Source: Octopus vulgaris
Lineage: Eukaryota
Direction: 5' to 3'
Length of the DNA: 64,000 bases
Assembly (NCBI GenBank): GCA_951406725.2
Contig: OX597836.1
Coordinates: 42,718,001-42,782,000 of the forward strand
Positions 55,790-64,000 of the stretch are shown piece by piece. The position numbers were made by a program, and so were the translations under genes. Each line of letters opens with the position of its first letter. Position 1 is the first letter of the stretch. The notes under the pieces were generated by a model that worked only from the letters and a program-made list of their open reading frames with translations, was not told the origin of the DNA and did not search any database.

Positions 55790-55835
55790 GACAGGCTTCT
55801 TTCAGTTTCCGTCTACCAGATCCACTCACAAGGCA
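55525..55835 (-). mobile_element. SINE family A, head-truncated
   Basis: Similarity to family A. Confidence 0.85.
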
Positions 55836-55954
55836 TGTAACCCTCAGATATCAGTCTGCCGAACAGTGTCGTTGTGTGAAGTCGTACTGCCACGTTGTGC
55901 GTCTTTCTTTCTTTTTTGCACTGCTCCTCCCCAGGGTTCTTCGTCGAATTTTGC

Positions 55955-56052
55955 GATGATTAAAACGAACGAACAACGTGCTTCGGGGAAATTGTTTTCT
56001 ACTGGGTAAAACGGCATCCGAAACTGTTATCAAACTTCAAACAGCTTACAAG
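55955..56052 (+). pseudogene. Mariner transposase N-terminal HTH fragment
   Basis: NEQRA../CFLLGKTASETVIKLQTAY matches the mariner N-terminal pattern. Frameshifted. Confidence 0.6.
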
Positions 56053-56144
56053 AATACACTTCTATATTTAAGAGATGAGGAAATATTTACATTATTTACA
56101 TTATTTACATTCGACGGATATTTGCCCGCATCTTGTTTGTTGTT

Positions 56145-56190
56145 AACACAACACTTCGACAGATACACCCTCCAGCCGTCTTCAGGTGTC
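56145..56190 (-). ncRNA. Degenerate hammerhead motif in repeat 56056-56240
   Basis: Minus strand reads GACAC-CTGAAGA-CGGCTG..CTGTC-GAAGT-GTT-GTGTT. Stem I is GACAC/GTGTT. GAAAC has decayed to GAAGT. Confidence 0.45.
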
Positions 56191-56242
56191 TTGGGGAAAT
56201 TTCGAACCTGGGTTCTCATTGCTAAGGTGTTTTTCGATGTTA

Positions 56243-56292
<50 letters not shown>

Positions 56293-57039
56293 GTTCAAGT
56301 CAGTGCTTGGAATCGAACTCGACAACAGTCATCACATACCATGTGCTAGCACCACTATCACCGTTGCCACCACTACCACCACCATCACCACCACCACCAC
56401 CACCACCACCACCATTGCCACCACCACCACCATCACCACCACCACCACCACAACCACCACCATTGCCACCACCATCACCACCACCACCACCACCACCACT
56501 ACCACCATTGCCACCATCACCACCACCAACACCACCACCACCACCACTACCACCACCACCACAATAATCCCGAATATCTCTGAGACAGTGTGTGTGCGCG
56601 CGAGCGCGCGCGTGTGTAAGAGGGTTGAATGAAGAGAATGAAAATAGGGGAGGGGCGGGGTGAGAGAGAAAAGAATGAACGAGGAGAGAATGGGACGATG
56701 AAGGAAAAAAAATGAATGTGAGAAAGAGAACGCTTGTGTAGAAGAGAAAGCGAGAGGAGAGGAAGAGGGAGAAAGAATACTAGTGAGAGAGAGAGAGAGA
56801 GGGAGGGAGGGAGGGAGAGAGAGTGATTGAAGAGAGAAAGATATAGGACGATATGTCAAATTAAGTAAAAGAGATGTTATGACAGCTGAGAAGGTCGGTG
56901 AATATCAAAGGAAACAAACAAGGGAACAACAGCAACACCACCACCACCACAACCACTACTGCCACCACTACTACCACCACCACAACCAACAACAACAACA
57001 ACAACGATATAAACAAGATAACGAAAATTAAAACGGCAC

Positions 57040-57553
<514 letters not shown>

Positions 57554-57934
57554 TACCGATCCTAATCTTGACAGCAGTAACAATAACGACTACAAAAAAA
57601 AAATCTACGAAAACTGAGCATGAATAAGGGCGAAAACAAGCTAGAAAAGGCAGTGAAAAACTTAGAATAACAAAAAACAACAAAATCGAGAAAAACAATA
57701 ACAACAACAATATTATCCACAATGACAATATCTAGAGTAAACAGCAAAACGACGTCAACAGCAAGAGGAAGACTGTGAAACCAAGGAGGGATGCTCTATG
57801 CCAGTGATTCCCCACGTGATGCATACGCCCCACCGGTGGGGGGCCTGGGAAAATTGTGATGAAGGAAAGGATCCATCATTTCTTTTTTTATTAGTGAGAC
57901 AGAATTATGAAAATCTGTTTTTTCAAAGTAAACA

Positions 57935-58653
57935 TACTACAAGGGGCTACACACAGAAGGGACAAAACAGGACAGACAGCGGATTAGGTCGATTATATCG
58001 ACTCCAGTGCGTAACTGGTACTTATTTAATCGAACCTGAAAGGATGAAAGGCAAAGTCGACCTCGGCGGAATTTAAACTCAGAACGTAACGGCAGACGAA
58101 ATACGGCTATGCATTTCGCCCGCCGTGCTAACGATTCTGCTAGCTCACCGCCTAATTATACCTATTTCTTTACAGAAGGGACAAAACAGGACAGACAGCG
58201 GATTAAGTCGATCATATCGACTCCAGTGCGTAATCGACCCTGAAAGGATGAAAGGCAAAGTCAATCTCGGCGGAATTTGAACGTAACGGCAGACGAAATA
58301 CTGCTGGAGCACCGCCTTTAATCGAGCAAATTGACCCCGGGACTTATTCTTTGTAAGCCCAGTACTTATTCTATCGGTCTCTTTTGCCGAACCGCTAAGT
58401 GATGGGGACGTAAACACACCAGCATCGGTTGTCAAGCAATGCTAGAGTGACAAACACAGACACACAAACAAACACACACACGCATATATATATACATATA
58501 TGCGACATGCTTCTTTCAGTTTCCATCTACCAAATCCACTCACAAGGCATTGGTCGGCCCAGAGCTATAGCAGAAGACACTTGCCCAAGATGCCACGCAG
58601 TGGGACTGAACCCGGAACCATGTGGTTGGTAAACAAGCTTTTACCACACAGCC
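57935..58653 (-). mobile_element. Two SINE D copies (57935-58153, 58160-58301) joined to SINE A (58302-58653)
   Basis: Similarity to families D and A. Confidence 0.8.
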
Positions 58654-59476
58654 ATACATATGTGTGTATATATATATGTATGTATATATGTATGTATGCA
58701 TGTATACATTTATATGTATATATGTATGCATGTATATATATATATATGTATATATACATATATGTACATATATATCTATATTTGTATGTTTATTACACAT
58801 AAATATACATACGTACATAAATACATACATACATATACATACACGCATATACACGCACATACACACATTCACTTGGTTTACGTCATTGAAATATAAAAAG
58901 CAAAAACATTTCGTTTGCCTCAAACATTTTTCCCCCCCAATATCTTTCCCTCTCCGTTCTCAAACTCGTTTCGTTTATTTTCTTCGTTTTCTCTTCTTCT
59001 AATTTTGTTTGTTTATACATTTACAATAAACGAGCGATATATTTAAAAATAAAACACATTCGCCATTTTAAACATTATTAATATAAACATAAATAATTTT
59101 GAGTATTTATCAAACTTGCATCGCTGTTTTTAATAAAGCGTGAAATAAAACTCCCTTAAAACAATAATAAATAACAGCAAACGAGATTACATTTTCCGTG
59201 TTTAAATCAAAACAGGATTGTTGAGTTTGGCTGTTTTTATTTGCTGCTCTCAAACTTGGATTATTATATTTATTTTATGATTTTATTTATTAAGTAGGAG
59301 AACAACTGTATATAAGAATGGCGGTGCTGGGTGGTAGAATGGACAAAGAGTCGAGATGGTTTTATTCCAAAGTGAAATGCTTGGCACCGGAAGTTGCTTG
59401 GATTTATCTTTTGGCTCTTTTACTTATTTCAGTTATTGGATTGCAGCCATAGATGGGCAACCGACCCCTATACATA

Positions 59477-59695
59477 TACTCTTTACTCTTTTTACTCTTT
59501 TACTTGTTTCAGTCATTTGACTGCGGCCATGCTGGAGCACCGCCTTTCAGTCGAGCAAATCGACCCCGGGACTTATTCTTTGTAAGCCCAGTACTTATTC
59601 TATCGGTCTCTTTTGCCGAACCGCTCAGTAACGGGGACGTAAACACACCAGCATCGGTTGTCAAGCAATGCTAGGGGGACAAACACAGACACACA

Positions 59696-59790
<95 letters not shown>

Positions 59791-59958
59791 TACGACAGGC
59801 TTCTTTCAGTTTCCGTCTACCAAATCCACTCACAAGGCATTGGTCGGCCCGGAGGCTATAGTAGAAGACACTTGCCCATGGTGGTGCCACGCAGTGGGAC
59901 TGAACCCGGAACCATGTGGTTGGTTAGCAAGCTACTTACCACACAGCCACTCCTGCGC
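59477..59958 (-). mobile_element. SINE family A, full length
   Basis: Similarity to family A. Confidence 0.9.
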
Positions 59959-60004
59959 TTATATGCTTTTTTTTAAAAAAAAAAAGCTTCATTATAGTCT
60001 AATA

Positions 60005-60319
60005 CAGTGGTTCCCAAAGTGAGCAGTATTGCCCTTCTCCCTCAGGAGTGGTGCAAAGTTCCAAGGCGGCGTTGAAGAAAACTGGAGCGACAATGGGGTA
60101 GCGATTAATGTAAAAATTGAGAGAATAATGCTGGCGGCGATTTATGTAAAAACAACAAAATAATGGGTTTGATAGGTTAAGTTTTATTTGTGAAGTACAG
60201 TTGCTTTGAATTTGCTTCAGAAAGAGGTCTATGGTTGTGATGTTTAGTTACGGTGGAGGCGCTGGGAATGTGGCCAGGATGTCAAGGGGGCGGCAGCCTG
60301 AAAACGTTTAGAACCACTG
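60005..60319. mobile_element. hAT (Charlie-like) MITE, diverged
   Basis: CAGTGGTTCCCAAA ... TTTAGAACCACTG termini. TSD not preserved. Confidence 0.55.
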
Positions 60320-60338
60320 GAATACACTTGATCTAGTA

Positions 60339-60693
<355 letters not shown>

Positions 60694-60701
60694 TATATGT
60701 G

Positions 60702-60848
<147 letters not shown>

Positions 60849-61819
60849 TATTTTATTATAGTTTGTTACTTGTTCTGTCATTCTCTTTCGCAGAAACGCT
60901 AATTTATTTGGACACAAACAAACCAGCACCGGTTATCGAAAGGTGTGGAGACAAACACAAACACAAAGACACACACACACATGCACACACGTACACACAC
61001 ATCATGAGCTTCCACACAGTTTCCGTCTACTAAATTCACTCACAAGGGATTGGTCTGCCAGGATCTATAATAAAAGCCATTTGCCGAAGATGTCTCGCAG
61101 TGGGATTGAACTTAAAACCACCCACGTGGTTGCGAAATGAATGCTTCAGTATTTGGTTCTTATAAAATGTGACACCTTGTGTGTATGTGTATGTTTGTGT
61201 GCGTGTGTGCGTATGTGTGTGTGTGAGTGAGTATGTGTGTTCGTATGTGTGTGAAAACTCAAGAGTAGAGAAAATCATATTAAACCAATTGATATGGAGT
61301 ATCGTAAGAAAATTAGCCGTACATAAACGGAACATGTTAGTGCGACTTATGCATTACGGAGAAATGTTACATTTAACTAGCGACAGATATCTTAAGTGGA
61401 AAAGATGAGACATTATCCCATACTTCAGGTTTTTAAAAGAAAAGTATGTTATAATACCATCCTATCAAAATTAAACTTTTGTATCCAGACATCATTACAT
61501 ATACCTGTACAGTAAACGCCTTTTACGAGTAATGAGAACATAAATCTATCCTCTCAGTGACTTTCGTAAAACAAAAGAATTATAGCACAAACCAATGAGA
61601 GAACCTATACGTGACCGCTCACCTTTCGTGAAATAGCAGCCAAAATTTCAAAATTAAACCCTACCGTCTTAAAAATAAGGACACATTGTATTTGAACTCA
61701 GATTGTCGACAGTCGGGGACGAATATTCCTCAAATGAGTCTCCCTATTCGCCCCTTAGATTTCTCGTTAGTTTTCTTAATTTTCCCCCGTCTATTTATAT
61801 AAATATTTATTTAGATGTA

Positions 61820-61962
61820 GGTGTGGCAGTGTGGTAAGTAGCTTGCTTACCAGCCACATGGTTCCGGGTTCAATACCACTGAAGTGTCTTCTACTATAGC
61901 CTCGGGCCGACCAAAGCCTTGTGAGTGGATTTGGTAGACGGAAACCGAAAAGAGGCCCGTCG

Positions 61963-62052
<90 letters not shown>

Positions 62053-62252
62053 TGTGTTTGTCCCCCCAACATCGCTTGACAATCGACGCTGGTGTGTTTA
62101 CATCCCCGTAACTTAGCGGTTCGGCAAAAGAGACCGATAGAATAAGTACTAGGCTTACAAACATTAAGTCCTGAGGTCGATTAGCTCGACTAAAGGCGGT
62201 GCTCCAGCATGGCCACAGTCAAATGACTGAAGCAAGTAAAAGAGTAAAAGAG
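61820..62252 (+). mobile_element. SINE family A copy
   Basis: Similarity to family A. Confidence 0.85.
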
Positions 62253-62430
62253 TCTTGTTTATAGAAATCAGCAAACAAGTTATTAGCTGATGCGTCCTGA
62301 GAGGTACGCTGATAAGTGACAATGTGAAGCTCCCTTGCGGTGGTCCATATGAAATTGTGTTGTTAAGATTTATCTCCAATAAATTGCTTATAATTCTACA
62401 GTACATAAAATATTTTAATTTCTAATAATA

Positions 62431-62826
62431 TCTTTATATATAAAAGTCAAGTTGTGTGTCTGTCTCCTACGATTTAGATTCCTAACTACTCCCACATTTT
62501 GTGGTGCAGTTTAACCAAAAGCGGGTATCTTATAGTCGTGATTCATATCGAGCCCTTCTGAGTATTAGCGCGCGTCTACGATGAGTCTACGATTAAAAAA
62601 AAATTTACCATCATTTTTTTCCATTTTAATGCATTTTTTCGCTATTATATAAGGAAAGTAACTCTCTAAAAATGTCTACGATGAGTCAACGATTTAAAAA
62701 AAAATTTACCATCATTTTTTCCCATTTTTGATGCATTTTTTTGCTATTTTTTGGCTATAACTCTCTAAAAATGCTTATATAGTTATTTCCCTTACAAACC
62801 CGAGCAACGCCGGGCGATACTGCTAG
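62431..62826 (+). mobile_element. Non-autonomous Helitron, second copy with about 100-bp internal duplication
   Basis: A|TC start, hairpin, CTAG|T end. The GTCTACGATGAGTC block occurs twice (62574, 62674). Confidence 0.85.
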
Positions 62827-62959
62827 TTTAATTATAAAAATACAGCAGGATTTTTTTAAATATTCGTTGAATGGCTCTGGAGGTTCGGTAAAGTAAAATA
62901 GGAATCGAAGGAGTCCGCAGGGAAAAGGATGGTTGAGAAACACCGTCTAAACAATAACC

Positions 62960-63114
62960 TATTCGTTCGTCTTTACCTTCTGAGTTTAGATTCCGCCGAG
63001 GTGGACTTTCTTCCTTTCGGGGTCGATAAATAAAGTACCAGTTAAACACTGGAGTCGATATAATCGACTAGTCCCCTACCCCAAATTTCTGGCCCTGTGC
63101 CTATAGTAGAAGGG

Positions 63115-63200
<86 letters not shown>
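62960..63200 (+). mobile_element. SINE D-related short copy with (TTA)n tail
   Basis: CTGAGTTTAGATTCCGCCGAGGTGGACTTT..CCTTTCGGGGTCGATAAA followed by (TTA)n. Confidence 0.65.
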
Positions 63201-63202
<2 letters not shown>

Positions 63203-64000
63203 GTTTGACTTTTGCTTTACATTTGTACAAGTTCGCTCCAAGTCTCACCCAGAGACCTCAAGAGACAACAGGTTGGAAGTTCATGTTGGTTTTATGTCTA
63301 GGGTGCCATATATTTGGTTTTGTACTTAGTGTTGTACTAGTGAATGCCTAAAAAACTATACGAAAATTATGTTTGTTTTAAAACTTGAGATTACAGAGAA
63401 AGTATTTTGCGTAGGATATGAGCAGTTCCCATGAGCACTATCTTTTGAATTTCAGCCATTTTGGGGTTTCTTGGTATGTTAAACCCTTCTGTTTCAGATT
63501 TTAAGCCATTGATGGGTCAGGGCTATAATAAAAACCATTAATTACGTCACTAATTACTTAATTACTGTTTCATTACAATGATGCTTTGAACACCAGTTCG
63601 TGGTGACAGGTAAGAGACGTATGGTGCCGCGATGGCGTTTATATAAAGATATTTCTGACGAAGGACTCGTGTGACCCTTTGCCTCGTTCAGTCCACACCG
63701 AGTGTCATCGCGTCTCGGCTTCCATAGCCTGCAATTTCGTTTGTTATTGTGTAAGTAAGTATTTCCTCATTATTTCCTATTTTCTTTTTTTTTTGCACTG
63801 CAATGTGTGTGGGTGGTTACACGTGAGTCTCTGCGGGGGTGTGTGTGTGTGTGTGAATGTGTTTGATTATATAGGTGCATGTGTACAGCATTCTCTCTCT
63901 CTCTCTCTCTTTCTACTCTCTCTCTCTGCCCCACTCTCTCTATACATCCATCCAACCATACATACATCCACACACACATACATACATACATACATACATA

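Noticed and set aside
63655-63712. CTGACGAAGGACT..AGTCC as a hammerhead
   Set aside because: No GAAA follows stem II.

Overview
Repeat-saturated, AT-rich eukaryotic DNA. The SINE families and microsatellite load suggest an octopus genome (inference). Nearly all ORFs in the supplied track are translations of microsatellites or SINEs, not genes. The real coding content is four phase-compatible + strand exons (1091-1234, 6202-6313, 9103-9367, 11001 to about 11222/11318) of a TPR-like helical-repeat protein whose start lies upstream of the window. The rest is mobile DNA: about 25 copies of a tRNA-headed SINE with an internal (TA)n(TG)n tract, three further SINE families, RTE and CR1 3' fragments, a DD37D maT transposase relic, mariner, hAT and other MITEs, non-autonomous Helitrons, a solo LTR with a 4-bp TSD, and two Penelope-type GIY-YIG relics. 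Four signals stand out. (1) A dispersed set of minimal type I hammerhead-ribozyme motifs, the best at 24-114 and one just 3' of a GIY-YIG ORF. (2) A family of short elements wedged between (TA)n tracts that end in long fold-back palindromes. (3) A CR1 LINE whose 3' tail matches that of the dominant SINE, making it a candidate partner LINE. (4) A roughly 370-bp GC-rich element that looks like an RTE 5' leader fused to a 3' tail. All coordinates were read by eye and may be off by a few bases. Family names come from motif recognition, not database searches.
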